Counted from the first letter of the stretch, positions 11,278-21,414 are shown. The stretch: 64,000 nt of DNA from Acaryochloridaceae cyanobacterium VAR_48_metabat_390 (GCA_031422435.1 JANPLU010000123.1:37671-101670); one strand, 5' to 3'. A program made the numbers and translations. Notes: generated by a model not told the origin, from the letters alone.

Positions 11278-11683
11278 AAGCTATTTTTGGTGGCAACCAG
11301 ACAAATATAGGGGCTAGTCTAGCGTTTCTTCGTGAATAGGGTCACTATTACTGAAGTCGGTTTGCAATATGGGTCATGCTGAGACAGCCGCAACAAAATG
11401 CTTTCCGTATTCTTGATACCAGCCATTTAATCAGCACAAAGATGATCGTCAGTCAGGTGAGGATATTTACCCTCTTTGTAAAAGAACCTCAAGAACAGGT
11501 GGAGTTATCTGCCTTGATTTTTACGCCCACTTCGTACTTCTGTTTCGTATGCCAGGCGTTACTTCATAATTTTGCCCAGCGTATCGACCAGGTGAAATTA
11601 AGATTAATAAATTCGGTCTACAATGACGACAGCACAGCAAATTAATCAGCAATGTTTTATCCTTAAGGTTAGAGTAATAATGA

Positions 11684-11968
11684 ATGTCTCAGGATCAGCC
11701 GCCTAGCAGTAAGGATGAGTTTCTGCGCCCACGCAGTCGATATTACGGCGAATTTACGCCTACCAACTTAGTGTTTAACTCCAACCTACAGGAGTTTGCA
11801 GCTCAGGTTGGGTTTATTTGCGCCCTAGAGACCAATGGCAAGATCTCTAGCGCCGAAGCCTATCGGCAAATTAAAGATTTGTTCAAAACCCTGAAGCATA
11901 GCAAAAAAGAATTGGGCATCGGAAAGTCAAACCTCAATGGGGGGACAGAGTCGCCGCCGCTGGACTGA
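11684..11968 (+). CDS. Conserved cyanobacterial small hypothetical protein
   Basis: FL.PRSRYYGEFTP.NL.FN.NLQEFA..V..IC.LET.GKI pattern. Confidence 0.75.
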   Translation: MSQDQPPSSKDEFLRPRSRYYGEFTPTNLVFNSNLQEFAAQVGFICALETNGKISSAEAYRQIKDLFKTLKHSKKELGIGKSNLNGGTESPPLD

Positions 11969-12032
11969 GTGAATAGAGGCTAGACAGCGATATATTGAAA
12001 ACTCTTGGGCAGACCGTTGGGTGAGTCACACT

Positions 12033-12707
12033 ATGTCTGAGTTCAGCAAGTCTTCGTGGGATTTTGGGCGGTTCTTACAAACCCTCAATTACTTTGAAGC
12101 AGTCCCTCTGTTAAGTTGGGTTCAAAAAATGTTTACTGGTGCTACGCCTCCACCTACCCCACAGCCACAGGCTGGCATCATCTTTAATTTCCAAGATGCT
12201 TCACTACCCTTGAGCCAAATCTGGGGTGCGTTAGATGATGTCGTCATGGGCGGCGTTAGTGCCAGTACGCTTCAGCAAGCAGCCGACGGAGCATTATTTA
12301 CAGGCGATGTCTCAACGGCAAACTCCGGTGGCTTTGCATCCGTGCGAACTCGAAACTTTGAACCACCCTTGAATCTTTTAAACACAACAGGCTTAGAACT
12401 GCGAATTAAGGGGGATGGAAAGCGCTACAAGCTGCTGGTGCGGGATGAAGACAGTTGGGATAGCGTCGCCTATGCCTACTCCTTTGATACCGTAAACAAC
12501 CAATGGGAAACAGTGCGGGTTCCATTTTCTAAACTGGTACCTGTTTTTCGTGCTAAAACCGTCAAAGATGGCTCGTCTTTTAATTCAGGCCGCATCCGAT
12601 CTTTTCAGCTCATGCTGAGCAAATTTGAGTATGACGGGGTCTTAAATCCTCATTTTGAGGCGGGTGCTTTTACGCTACTGGTGCAGTCGATTGGGGTTTA
12701 TTCGTGA
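12033..12707 (+). CDS. CIA30-family (complex I intermediate-associated) protein
   Basis: WGALDDVVMGGVS, NSGGFASVRT, KGDGKRYK and QLMLSKFEYDG.LNP.F. Confidence 0.88.
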   Translation: MSEFSKSSWDFGRFLQTLNYFEAVPLLSWVQKMFTGATPPPTPQPQAGIIFNFQDASLPLSQIWGALDDVVMGGVSASTLQQAADGALFTGDVSTANSGGFASVRTRNFEPPLNLLNTTGLELRIKGDGKRYKLLVRDEDSWDSVAYAYSFDTVNNQWETVRVPFSKLVPVFRAKTVKDGSSFNSGRIRSFQLMLSKFEYDGVLNPHFEAGAFTLLVQSIGVYS

Positions 12708-12717
12708 CGCCATCCCC

Positions 12718-13974
12718 ATGAGCATTGTGTGGCTTTTTGTCGTGGTGGGTTTGGCCTTCTTTTTAGCCTGGAACCTTGGCGCGAATGATGTTGCCAACGC
12801 AATGGGCACTTCGGTAGGGTCTAAAGCTATTACGCTGCGTCAGGCGATCGCGTTGGCGGGGGTTTTAGAGCTGACGGGCGCGGTTTTCTTTGGTCAAGAG
12901 GTGACAGCTACTCTAACGGGGAAGGTTGCGCCCCTCCAGCTTTTTGAAGGGCACCCCCAGCTTTTTGTGGTCAGTATTGTGGCAGAGCTGTTAGCCACCA
13001 GCCTTTGGCTACTGTTTGCAACCTGGCAGGGTTGGCCTGTGGCATCTTCTCATGCGGCAGTGGGGGCGATCGCCGCCATTAACCTCATTGCCTTTGGTCT
13101 AAACGCCCTGGATGGGGCAATGGTTCGCACAATTGTAGTGAGCTGGGTTCTCACCCCCTTTGCTAGCGGACTGGTGTCTGCTGTCTGTTTCTGGATCCTC
13201 CAGCGGACGGTGTTAGCTCAGCCTTCCCCTATGGAGCGCTGGCAACATTGGAATCCCTGGCTGAGCGTTGCGCTTGTAGGGATAGTGGGCGGACTGGTGT
13301 TTCCCACCGTGGTCGAACCCGCAGCATCTTTTATGGAGGGGCATTGGCATTGGACATTACCCCATCACGACTATGCGTTAGGGCTGGGGCTGTTGGGGTT
13401 ACTGGGGTTAACCCTCTGGACTCTACCCATTCTGAACCCTGAAATGGAAGCAGAAAACATCGTCGTAGAACGGCAGCTCGCTAAATTTCAGGTCGTCAGC
13501 GCCTGCTGTATGGCCTTTGCCCACGGCTCGAATGATGTTGGTAACGCGGTGGCTCCCTTAGCAAGCTTTGCAGCGTTCTGGCAGACCCAGACGATTCCTG
13601 TGACGGGCGTTGTTGTGCCGCTCTGGACGCTATTGCTGGGGGGCGTTGGCATTGTAATTGGGCTGGCAACCTGGGGTAAAAAAGTGATTGTGACCGTCGG
13701 GGAACAGCTCACCGTACTACAGCCTAGCTCGGGGTTTTGCGCGGAGTTGGGTGCAGCCGCCACGGTTTTGCTAGCATCTCGCTGGGGACTGCCCGTGTCA
13801 ACCACCCATGCTTTGGTGGGGAGTGTCGTTGGCATTGGGCTGGTGCAGGGTGCCACATCCCTTCAGGGAGCAACGGTGCGCCAAATTGCAGCGGCCTGGT
13901 TTATTACGGTTCCGGCAGCGATGGCAGTGGCTGGAGCTGTGTTTGTAGGGCTGCGATTGCTCCTCTCGGTATAG
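12718..13974 (+). CDS. PiT-family inorganic phosphate transporter
   Basis: GANDVANAMGTSVG and AHGSNDVGNA signature motifs, plus PVSTTH. Confidence 0.92.
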   Translation: MSIVWLFVVVGLAFFLAWNLGANDVANAMGTSVGSKAITLRQAIALAGVLELTGAVFFGQEVTATLTGKVAPLQLFEGHPQLFVVSIVAELLATSLWLLFATWQGWPVASSHAAVGAIAAINLIAFGLNALDGAMVRTIVVSWVLTPFASGLVSAVCFWILQRTVLAQPSPMERWQHWNPWLSVALVGIVGGLVFPTVVEPAASFMEGHWHWTLPHHDYALGLGLLGLLGLTLWTLPILNPEMEAENIVVERQLAKFQVVSACCMAFAHGSNDVGNAVAPLASFAAFWQTQTIPVTGVVVPLWTLLLGGVGIVIGLATWGKKVIVTVGEQLTVLQPSSGFCAELGAAATVLLASRWGLPVSTTHALVGSVVGIGLVQGATSLQGATVRQIAAAWFITVPAAMAVAGAVFVGLRLLLSV

Positions 13975-13979
13975 CCTTA

Positions 13980-14110
13980 GTACACACAAGTCCGAGAAAA
14001 TCCCCTCCTCGGAGGGGTACCCGTAGGGCGGGGTGGGTTAGTCATAGCGCTACTGACTAACCCACCACTGCCCCTCCCAGGAGGGGATTTATCCTGAGAC
14101 GTTTGCGTAC
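13980..14110. mobile_element. MITE-like palindromic intergenic element
   Basis: Imperfect outer inverted repeats GTACACACAAGTC / GACGTTTGCGTAC, nested AAATCCCCTCC...GGAGGGGATTT, and an inner GGTGGGTTAGTCA...TGACTAACCCACC hairpin. Sits between convergent genes. Confidence 0.6.
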
Positions 14111-14119
14111 ACGGCATCC

Positions 14120-14797
14120 CTAGCCTCGTAGGGTATAGCCCACGCCTCGAATGGTATGAATTAAGCGCTTTTCGCCATTTTCCTCAAGTTTTAGGCGTAG
14201 GTAGCGAATGTAGACCTCAATAATGTTGGAGTCGCCCATAAAGTCGTACCCCCACACTTTTTCTAAAATCTGGTCCCGCGTTAGCACCTGCCGAGGATGA
14301 TTCAATAGATACTCCAGTAAATCAAATTCCTTTGCCGTTAATTCAATAGGGCGCTTGTCTCGAAACACCTCGCGGGTACTGTGGTTGAGGCTCAAGTCCT
14401 CAAACTGAAGAAGATCTGAGTTTGACTCATGAGTACGACGCAGATGGGCGCGGATTCTGGCTAATAGTTCTTCAATGCTAAAAGGCTTGAGTACATAGTC
14501 GTCTGCCCCCGCGTCTAAGCCTGCTACGCGATCGCTCACCTCATCTTTTGCCGTTAGCAAAATCACGGGCATTTTATTGCCTGTTGATCGCAAGCGACGG
14601 CATAGCTCCAACCCTGATAGCCCTGGCAGCATCCAGTCCAGAATGGCTAAATCTGGCGTAGATTCTCGCGCGAGGGTCAACCCCGTAATGCCGTCATGCG
14701 CCACGCTAATGCGATATCCTTCTGCACTCAGCTCTAGCTCAATAAATCGAGCCAGAGGCACCTCATCTTCCACTAAAAGGATGTGCATCATCGTCAT
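14120..14797 (-). CDS. OmpR-family response regulator
   Basis: REC domain (ILLVEDE, ILDWMLP, GADDYVLKPF) and winged-helix domain (ELTAKEFDLL, IHTIRGVGY). Confidence 0.95.
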   Translation of the reverse strand: MTMMHILLVEDEVPLARFIELELSAEGYRISVAHDGITGLTLARESTPDLAILDWMLPGLSGLELCRRLRSTGNKMPVILLTAKDEVSDRVAGLDAGADDYVLKPFSIEELLARIRAHLRRTHESNSDLLQFEDLSLNHSTREVFRDKRPIELTAKEFDLLEYLLNHPRQVLTRDQILEKVWGYDFMGDSNIIEVYIRYLRLKLEENGEKRLIHTIRGVGYTLRG

Positions 14798-14836
14798 GGC
14801 GCTGCTGCCTAAGAATCAAAATATACCCAGCTAAGC

Positions 14837-15202
14837 CTAAACGTACCACCAAGCCCAGGCAATTAAAACCGCCTGAAGCGGAAGCCTTGCCCAGTAAAGC
14901 GCAGGAATATGCGGAATGCCCGGAAGCTGAATTTGATTGACTGCCATGTTGATATTGGCCGGAAATACAGCAATAAACAGCGCAATGAGACCCCAGGCAG
15001 CGGCAGAGCTAACGGATGGAATGAGTAGACCCACGCCGCCTAGAATTTCAAAAAAGCCGCTGATATAAACCAGTGCCAAAGGGTAGGGCAGATAGTTCGG
15101 CACAATTTTGACAAAGGGTTGAGGTTTTACAAAGTGCAGTACCCCCGCACTAATGATAAAAGCGGCTAAGGTAAACCGCAAAATTTCTCTTAAAATTTCC
15201 AT
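14837..15202 (-). CDS. DoxX-like membrane protein
   Basis: AGVLHF..P..FVKIVP.YLP, SGFFEILGG, AVFPANINMA and RLPLQ. Confidence 0.85.
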   Translation of the reverse strand: MEILREILRFTLAAFIISAGVLHFVKPQPFVKIVPNYLPYPLALVYISGFFEILGGVGLLIPSVSSAAAWGLIALFIAVFPANINMAVNQIQLPGIPHIPALYWARLPLQAVLIAWAWWYV

Positions 15203-15269
15203 CAATAAGACCTAAAACCACCTGTAGCGCAGCGTAGCTGAACCGCCGCTATTTGTCTCTCTTCCTCTG

Positions 15270-15310
15270 GCGATAGATGCTGCCGATATGTAGTCTGCAG
15301 CATCTATCGC
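15270..15310. terminator. Stem-loop downstream of the DUF4079 gene
   Basis: GCGATAGATGCTGC-N13-GCAGCATCTATCGC perfect 14-bp inverted repeat. Confidence 0.45.
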
Positions 15311-15319
15311 TTAGCAGCG

Positions 15320-16054
15320 CTACTTTGTGGCAGCGGGGGCAGGACAGGTTTTATATTGCGGTGAGGCTTTATCAAAATTGCACTGGTAAACATAGCTCTT
15401 CTGCCAGCTCAGCGGAATTTCGAGGAGCGATCGCGCCCCCGTAAAGCCCTGTGTCACAAACAGCACCAGCGCCACGCAGTTGAGCACAATATGAACCGTC
15501 CGCCAGCGATTGGAGCGATCTTGATAAATTTCTCGCAAAATTGCTAAGGCGAAAATCATCAGGAGAGAAGCCGCAATGCCGTGATAGTAGTGCGAAAAAT
15601 ACCAGTACGCATCATTGCGGTAAACACCATCCTGCGCCCCTAAAATGACCAGCCCCATGCCCGCTAGGGTGGCAAAAATGCCTCGCCACAGCCGAGTTTT
15701 GGCTTTGTAGAGCAAGATTAATGCCGCAATGGTTGCCACAAAAAAGGCAGAAATAAGGCTCACTTTCGCCGCGTCTTTTTGCCAGAGTTGCCCTTCAATA
15801 ATGGGGGAGTAAATTTCGCTCGCCAGCGCCAGCAACACCACGCCAATGACAGCCCCTGTAAGCCATTGACCTAAGGCGACGTGCTCTACCCCAACGCTGG
15901 GCGGCAGCTTACTTTTATTGCCCATACGTGTTTCAAGGCGACGCTGGCGCGTTTGCCACGCCATCTTGACCACCATGCCGATAATAGGAAACACAACGGC
16001 AACGGCGATCGCCGGATGCAGCAGTACAACGTAGTCTTTCAGATTGAGATCCAT
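15320..16054 (-). CDS. DUF4079-type cyanobacterial membrane protein
   Basis: LLHPAIAV..VFP..G, EH..LG.WL, SHYYHG, WR..HI.LN and QGFTG.R.LLEIPL.WQ. Confidence 0.75.
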   Translation of the reverse strand: MDLNLKDYVVLLHPAIAVAVVFPIIGMVVKMAWQTRQRRLETRMGNKSKLPPSVGVEHVALGQWLTGAVIGVVLLALASEIYSPIIEGQLWQKDAAKVSLISAFFVATIAALILLYKAKTRLWRGIFATLAGMGLVILGAQDGVYRNDAYWYFSHYYHGIAASLLMIFALAILREIYQDRSNRWRTVHIVLNCVALVLFVTQGFTGARSLLEIPLSWQKSYVYQCNFDKASPQYKTCPAPAATK

Positions 16055-16232
16055 ACAACCCTTTAAATGAGGACGCTTACAAGTAGCGGCAACCTTATAA
16101 CTGATTTAGTGCTCTTAAAAGCCTGCCTTTGTTCAATCTAATCAATATTTCAGCATTCATTGTCTCGATTTACTGTTTTGCTTTAGATACGTCTAAGCAT
16201 CCCCGTTGGATTCCTTTTTTAAAGCGCTTTGA

Positions 16233-17234
16233 CTACAGCGCGCTCACTTCGGTAGAAGAGAGAACAGATATATCCTCCTCAGAGAGGATGCTTAGAAAGT
16301 CAATATTGGCGGTGAGGGTGGAAAGTTGGGGCAAAATTTTAGCAATAAAAATCTCGGATGCCTTTGAACGATACCGATTGGGGTTCAAAATCAGAGACAA
16401 CGTCCGCTTGATTACAACGTTTTCGATATTGACTCGCTTAAGGGCACCCAGCTTCAGCTCTTTTTCAATGGCAGATACCGAAATAAATGCGGCACCTAAC
16501 CCAGACTGCACTGCGTTTTTGATGGCCTCAATGGAGTTCAGCTCCATTTCTACTTTCAGTAAGCGCGGGTCAATGTTGCCACGCACTAAAATCTGGTCAA
16601 TGACCTTACGGATGGTGGACTGGGCATCTAGGGTAATAAACCCAAGCCGATAGAGGTCTTCACGCTGAACCGTGTCTTTTTGGGCGAGGGGATGAAAAAT
16701 GGGCAGCACTAACGCCAGCTCATCTTCTGCATAGGGGGCAATTTCTAGGGTTGATTGCAGTTCTAGGGGTACTTCTCCGCCAATAATGGCGAGATCGACC
16801 TGCCCATTCATCACGCTCCAGCAGGTGCGTCGGGTGGAGTGCACATGAAGCTGCACTGCTACTTCTGGGTAGGTCTGTCGAAATACCCCAATCAGCTTGG
16901 GCATGAGGTAGGTGCCCGTCGTCTGACTTGCCCCAATAATAAGCGTGCCGCCCTGGAGGTTATGCAGGTCTTCGATGGCGCGACAGGTTTCTTGGCACAG
17001 CGCCAAAATGCGATCGCCATACTCCAGCAATAAATGTCCTGCCTCGGTAAGCTGAGCGCGACGACCCCCTCGGTCAAAGAGGGGCACATCTAGCTGCCGC
17101 TCTAGATTTTGCACCTGAAGGCTAACGGCAGGCTGAGAAACGTAGAGGCTATCTGCGGCGCGCTTGAAACTTCCTTCCGCTGCGATCGCCTTTAGAATTC
17201 GGAGCTGATCTAGCGTAAAGGGAAGGTCAGACAT
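16233..17234 (-). CDS. rbcR: LysR-family transcriptional regulator RbcR/Ycf30
   Basis: [38 protein letters not shown] and [12 protein letters not shown] are hallmarks of Ycf30/RbcR. Confidence 0.9.
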   Translation of the reverse strand: MSDLPFTLDQLRILKAIAAEGSFKRAADSLYVSQPAVSLQVQNLERQLDVPLFDRGGRRAQLTEAGHLLLEYGDRILALCQETCRAIEDLHNLQGGTLIIGASQTTGTYLMPKLIGVFRQTYPEVAVQLHVHSTRRTCWSVMNGQVDLAIIGGEVPLELQSTLEIAPYAEDELALVLPIFHPLAQKDTVQREDLYRLGFITLDAQSTIRKVIDQILVRGNIDPRLLKVEMELNSIEAIKNAVQSGLGAAFISVSAIEKELKLGALKRVNIENVVIKRTLSLILNPNRYRSKASEIFIAKILPQLSTLTANIDFLSILSEEDISVLSSTEVSAL

Positions 17235-17546
17235 AGGAAATAGACCTGACAAAGGATAGAAAAACTAGGTTCCACCCCCTGAAGCAGCTTCAGGGTAAGA
17301 TGCACTGACAGTTTACCGCGAACGATGCTGTCCCTTGCGAAACGACGCAAAGAAACGCCCTAAAATGCACCTGGATGGCTAGACCTAAGTCACTGCAGGC
17401 TAAATGTGTCCCTTAACTTGTAAATATTCCTTCACGTTTTAAGGAAAATCGATGAGTTTAGTGCATGGGCGGAGCGCAAAATAGCCGTTTAATTTTGTGG
17501 TGGCGGGCAATACGATGTTTGCGAGCTGTGAGAACCTTTAAATGAC

Positions 17547-17798
17547 ATTGAGACTTGCACGATTCTGACAACTTCGGCTAATAGTCATTACAACCAATCC
17601 ATGATCAGATGCCTGTGATTTTAAGCCCTGAGAATTATGGGCGATGGCTTGACTCCAATGTGTAGTGTGGTCAACCGTTACCAGATTTGTTGCGGCCTTT
17701 CCCTGATGCGTCGATGCAAGCGATTCCGGTCAGTGCCAGGATGAATTCTGCAAAAATAGACGATGCACTTTGCATAAAACTGTTGTCAACAAATTGAG
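17547..17798 (+). pseudogene. SOS response-associated peptidase (SRAP/YedK) C-terminal remnant
   Basis: Manual translation gives IETCTILTTSAN, a frameshift, then LQPIHDQMPVILSPENYGRWLDSNV*CGQPLPDLLRPFPDASMQAIPVSARMNSAKIDDALCI. The N-terminal catalytic Cys region is absent. Confidence 0.8.
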
Positions 17799-17843
17799 TT
17801 CATAGTAAAACAAGAGTGATTTTTAAGTAGGAGAAGACTACAA

Positions 17844-19034
17844 GTGATTAAGTACGAACGGGTAGTTAGTTATTTAAAGAAAAATGGCTACAGTGAGGAA
17901 ATCAATATTTCCGACCATTGGTTTACTAATCATGAACAATGCAAGAGAATTATTAATCAGAAATTTACAAATAGTTATAGCCAGATTTTTGAATTACAAG
18001 TGAGATGGAGATCTCCAATAGGTAGAGCTTGCGTTGAAGCGATAAGGAAGCATATAGAGCAAAAAATAGAACGGAATCGCTTGGAGGGGACGAGAAGATA
18101 CCAGCTCGGTGATTTAAGCTTTCTATATGCACAATTAGATTTGAATGATTTTAGTTTTTGCTTTAACAAGAAAAAGTACAATATCAAGTCATTCGTGGAA
18201 ATTTTCCCGACAAGTCAAATTGGGGGCTGGCACGATCTTAGAGGCATACCTCTGGATGGAATTTTTCTGCCGAGCTGTGAGTTGATTAACCTTAATTTTA
18301 GTAATGCTTCACTTATTAGAGCTAATTTTCAACAAGTACGGTTTATTAATTGCAATTTTGTATGTGCAGACTTTGATTATTCAAGAATTGCGTTAATTAG
18401 ACATGAGCAAGATACTTCATTAGGGGGGATTTCCCTTAGAGGAGCATATATAAAGGCAATAGAGCTTAATAGCCGGACGATTAGAACTCCGATGCTAATT
18501 AAGGAGATAAATTACTTTGAGCTTATTAAGTATTTACTTGAAATAGTAGTGTGGAAAAAACATCCGATAAAATATCGTGGACAATGGACGAGATTTCAAA
18601 TGGTCGATGTCCGTGAAGTCAATGAACCATTGATGAGATATCAAGCCGAGTATATTAACTGGTCTCAATCTTTACTTGGGAAAATTGACAAATTTTATGA
18701 ATTGCCGATAACAGAGAGAATAGCTTTTCTTGGATCAATTATTTTTACTAAGTATTGGAGATCGGCAGCAGTTCTGGCTTCTTTCTCTGCGATTATCAAT
18801 ATATTGTTTTCTTTTTTGTATATGGCACTCTCATCTCATTTCAAAGGTTTGTCGGGTAATTTTTTGGAAAGTCTCTATTTTAGCATTGTGACATTTACTA
18901 CTCTTGGCTATGGTGATGTAACGCCATGCGATGATTTGGGACGGATTCTAGTAATACTTGAAGTAGTTATAGGGTATATAACTCTTGGGAGTTTCTTGTT
19001 TATACTAGGACAAAAAGTATCCCAGAGATATTAA
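17844..19034 (+). CDS. Pentapeptide-repeat protein with C-terminal 2-TM potassium-channel domain
   Basis: Pentapeptide-like run (LRGIP LDGIF ... FSNAS LIRAN FQQVR FINCN FVCAD FDYSR) and YFSIVTFTTLGYGDVTP pore signature between two TM helices. Visibly AT-rich. Confidence 0.8.
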   Translation: MIKYERVVSYLKKNGYSEEINISDHWFTNHEQCKRIINQKFTNSYSQIFELQVRWRSPIGRACVEAIRKHIEQKIERNRLEGTRRYQLGDLSFLYAQLDLNDFSFCFNKKKYNIKSFVEIFPTSQIGGWHDLRGIPLDGIFLPSCELINLNFSNASLIRANFQQVRFINCNFVCADFDYSRIALIRHEQDTSLGGISLRGAYIKAIELNSRTIRTPMLIKEINYFELIKYLLEIVVWKKHPIKYRGQWTRFQMVDVREVNEPLMRYQAEYINWSQSLLGKIDKFYELPITERIAFLGSIIFTKYWRSAAVLASFSAIINILFSFLYMALSSHFKGLSGNFLESLYFSIVTFTTLGYGDVTPCDDLGRILVILEVVIGYITLGSFLFILGQKVSQRY

Positions 19035-19379
19035 TTTATATGAGTAATATGTGCAAGAAAAAATTAAGGTTTAATGGCGAGATTACAGATTCATCTCTCC
19101 ACTAAAATGTGAATTCTTAATCTGAAAAGAACGAAGGGGGGGGGTAAGATCGCTCTACGAAGACAACAATAATATGCTCGCCCCCACCGATAAAGAACAG
19201 TTGCGAATATGAAGGTGAGATGTTGAACAATCGCGATCACCCAGCTAAGTTCTGAATCTGGTGATCGCCCCATTGAGCTAGAGCAAGGAAGAATATGCTC
19301 GATACGAACATAAAATTTATGAGTCGCAAGCGCAACAAAAGTTATTCTCAAGTTGAAATCTAATAACGATTATAGAAAC

Positions 19380-19877
19380 CTATTCTTGAACTTCCACTGC
19401 TAAGAGTTGGGCAAAAAGGATTGGAGAAATTCTAAAACCAGCAATCTGAATCAGATCTTCCAGTAAAGGTTTCAATTGAGATATTGTTTCAGATTGTTTT
19501 GCTTTCAGCAAAATACCTAATACACCTGTAACATTTAGCCCTAACGATTTAGCAACTTTTCGTCCATCTCGTTCATCAAGCAAAATATAATCTGCCTGTT
19601 GCTCTAAAGCCAATGCAATCGCCTCGGATTCACCTTGGTCTAGTGTCTGTCGCAAAAGCTGGACAACCGCTTGAGATTGGATAAGAGGCTGAATCTGAAT
19701 CCACCCTTCAGTGATCGCATTGCGAATAGCGAGGGAGCCAGGGCGATCTTCGTTGACCCTAAGTTCTGCTAAGACGCCGGGAGGGATGATTATCTGGGCA
19801 AACTGCTGTTTGATTAAGTCTAGATGCTCAATAATAGCCAGATTGAGGATTGGGGATGTGTTACACACTATGGGCAT
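19380..19877 (-). CDS. DUF3368-type PIN-domain protein (putative toxin)
   Basis: IVCNTSPILNL, LDQGESEAIALALE, LLDERDGRK.A and VTGVLGILL. Confidence 0.85.
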   Translation of the reverse strand: MPIVCNTSPILNLAIIEHLDLIKQQFAQIIIPPGVLAELRVNEDRPGSLAIRNAITEGWIQIQPLIQSQAVVQLLRQTLDQGESEAIALALEQQADYILLDERDGRKVAKSLGLNVTGVLGILLKAKQSETISQLKPLLEDLIQIAGFRISPILFAQLLAVEVQE

Positions 19878-20115
19878 AACTGAAATCATCCTCTAGTTCT
19901 GATTGTCCATAGTGCCGAGAGATTCCACGTTCGCCCAGCAAACGACCAAAGGCGTATTTATCCAGTTGAGCAAGTTCTCGTGACTTGCCAAAAGACAATA
20001 AATCTTGGCTGTAAAGGGCGATCGCCAATTCTTGGAGGAGGAATTGCTCAAGCTGACCTTCGGGCAGGCGCACCCCTGAGAGAACGGATTCAGGAATAGA
20101 GAGTTGCAGACTCAT
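19861..20115 (-). CDS. UPF0175-family protein (putative antitoxin)
   Basis: ELAIALY....LSFGK.RELA.L....F..LL.ERGI; overlaps the PIN gene. Confidence 0.85.
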   Translation of the reverse strand: MSLQLSIPESVLSGVRLPEGQLEQFLLQELAIALYSQDLLSFGKSRELAQLDKYAFGRLLGERGISRHYGQSELEDDFSYAHSV

Positions 20116-20278
20116 ACACTTAATTGAACCTCAGCGCTATGCCCTCATTGTAGTAAGGTGCGATCTCCATATCAAACCACTGTTTTCAGGGAATCAGATC
20201 TTTAAGAAACGCGTTATGCCCTTCACCTACAATCGAAAAATTCTTTGCTGTACCAATTCCTACGCCGCGCCCTGACAA

Positions 20279-21154
20279 TCACGATCTCCCTAACACAATG
20301 CTTAAACTCAGATCTAGCCAAGAGGACTGAGTAATAGGGGCGCTAGTAGAGACAAAATCAACCCCTGTCTCGGCAATTGGTCGCAGGTTGCTCAAGGTCA
20401 CATTGCCCGAAGCCTCAATTTTAATGCGCGGATTTTTGCTGCGAATATAGGCGACTGCCTCTTTCATCTGGGCGATCGCCATGTTGTCGAGCATAATAAT
20501 ATCTGCTCCGTGGGCAACGGCTTCTTTCACCTGATCGAAGTCTTCGGTTTCTACTTCAATTGCCAGCACAAACGGGGATAATTGGCGCACGCGCTGAATG
20601 GCGATCGCAACTCCCCCAGCAGCAACAATATGGTTATCTTTAATCATCACGGCATCATCGAGGCCAAACCGATGATTTTGGGCACCGCCTACTGCCGTCG
20701 CGTATTTTTCTAAAACCCTTAGTCCAGGCGTGGTTTTGCGCGTATCCACAAGCTGCGTTGGCAAATCGGCAATCTGCTCCACATAGCGGCGGGTTAAGGT
20801 GGCAATGCCGCCGAGGCGCATCACTAAATTGAGCGCAACCCGTTCTCCCATCAGCAGGGCTGCTAAAGAGCCTTCTATGGTTGCAATGGTGGTACCTGCG
20901 GTAACAAGTTCACCCTCTTGGACAAAGGTTTTGACTACAGCATGGGAATCCAATTTCTGGAACACGCGCTCTAGCAATGGTAGCCCTGCTACAACACCAT
21001 TTTGCTTGAGCCGTAGTTCTGCCACCCCAGCGGTATCAGAGCTTGACAGAATTGCGTCTGTGGTGCGATCGCCCCGTCCAATATCCTCCAGAAGCCACTG
21101 GTGTAAAAGCGGATCAAGGGCGATCGCAGGGGGGAGTGGGGGCAAAACCTTCAC
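20279..21154 (-). CDS. nadC: Quinolinate phosphoribosyltransferase
   Basis: EDIGRGDRTT, DTRKTTPGLRVLEKYA, NHRFGLDDAVMIKDNH and IIMLDN. Confidence 0.96.
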   Translation of the reverse strand: MKVLPPLPPAIALDPLLHQWLLEDIGRGDRTTDAILSSSDTAGVAELRLKQNGVVAGLPLLERVFQKLDSHAVVKTFVQEGELVTAGTTIATIEGSLAALLMGERVALNLVMRLGGIATLTRRYVEQIADLPTQLVDTRKTTPGLRVLEKYATAVGGAQNHRFGLDDAVMIKDNHIVAAGGVAIAIQRVRQLSPFVLAIEVETEDFDQVKEAVAHGADIIMLDNMAIAQMKEAVAYIRSKNPRIKIEASGNVTLSNLRPIAETGVDFVSTSAPITQSSWLDLSLSIVLGRS

Positions 21155-21178
21155 AGCAGTTTCCTCAATGCCATTACA

Positions 21179-21211
21179 AAAAACCGCAGTAGGCTAGCCT
21201 ACTGCGGTTTT
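21179..21211 (-). terminator. Intrinsic terminator downstream of tRNA-Ser
   Basis: AAAACCGCAGTAGGCTAGCCTACTGCGGTTTT palindrome with an adjacent T-run on the minus strand. Confidence 0.75.
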
Positions 21212-21231
21212 GATTTTAGAACCTATTACAA

Positions 21232-21316
21232 CGGAGAGGGAGGGATTCGAACCCTCGTTAAGTTGCCCTAAACAGCATTTCCAGTGCTGCGCCTTCAACC
21301 GCTCGGCCACCTCTCC
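21232..21316 (-). tRNA. tRNA-Ser(GGA)
   Basis: Reverse complement GGAGAGGTGGCCGAGCGGTTGAAGGCGCAGCACTGGAAATGCTGTTTAGGGCAACTTAACGAGGGTTCGAATCCCTCCCTCTCCG folds as a cloverleaf with anticodon GGA and a long variable arm. CCA is not encoded. Confidence 0.97.
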
Positions 21317-21414
21317 AGGTGGATGTGAATTTCCTTGTGGAATTGGTTCACATAAGTAAGATATGTTAACAGAATCTAAGCCTCATATAAACAAGTTCCC
21401 TTAAAAAGATTTTT

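Noticed and set aside
11376..11645. 89-aa ORF, and an HLVDTLG transposase-like word on the opposite strand
   Set aside because: No family motifs in the ORF; the opposite-strand frame has several stops and only a 7-aa resemblance.
19091..19351. 86-aa minus-strand ORF with a repeated AATATGCTCG word
   Set aside because: No recognisable domain, and two copies of a 10-mer do not form an array.
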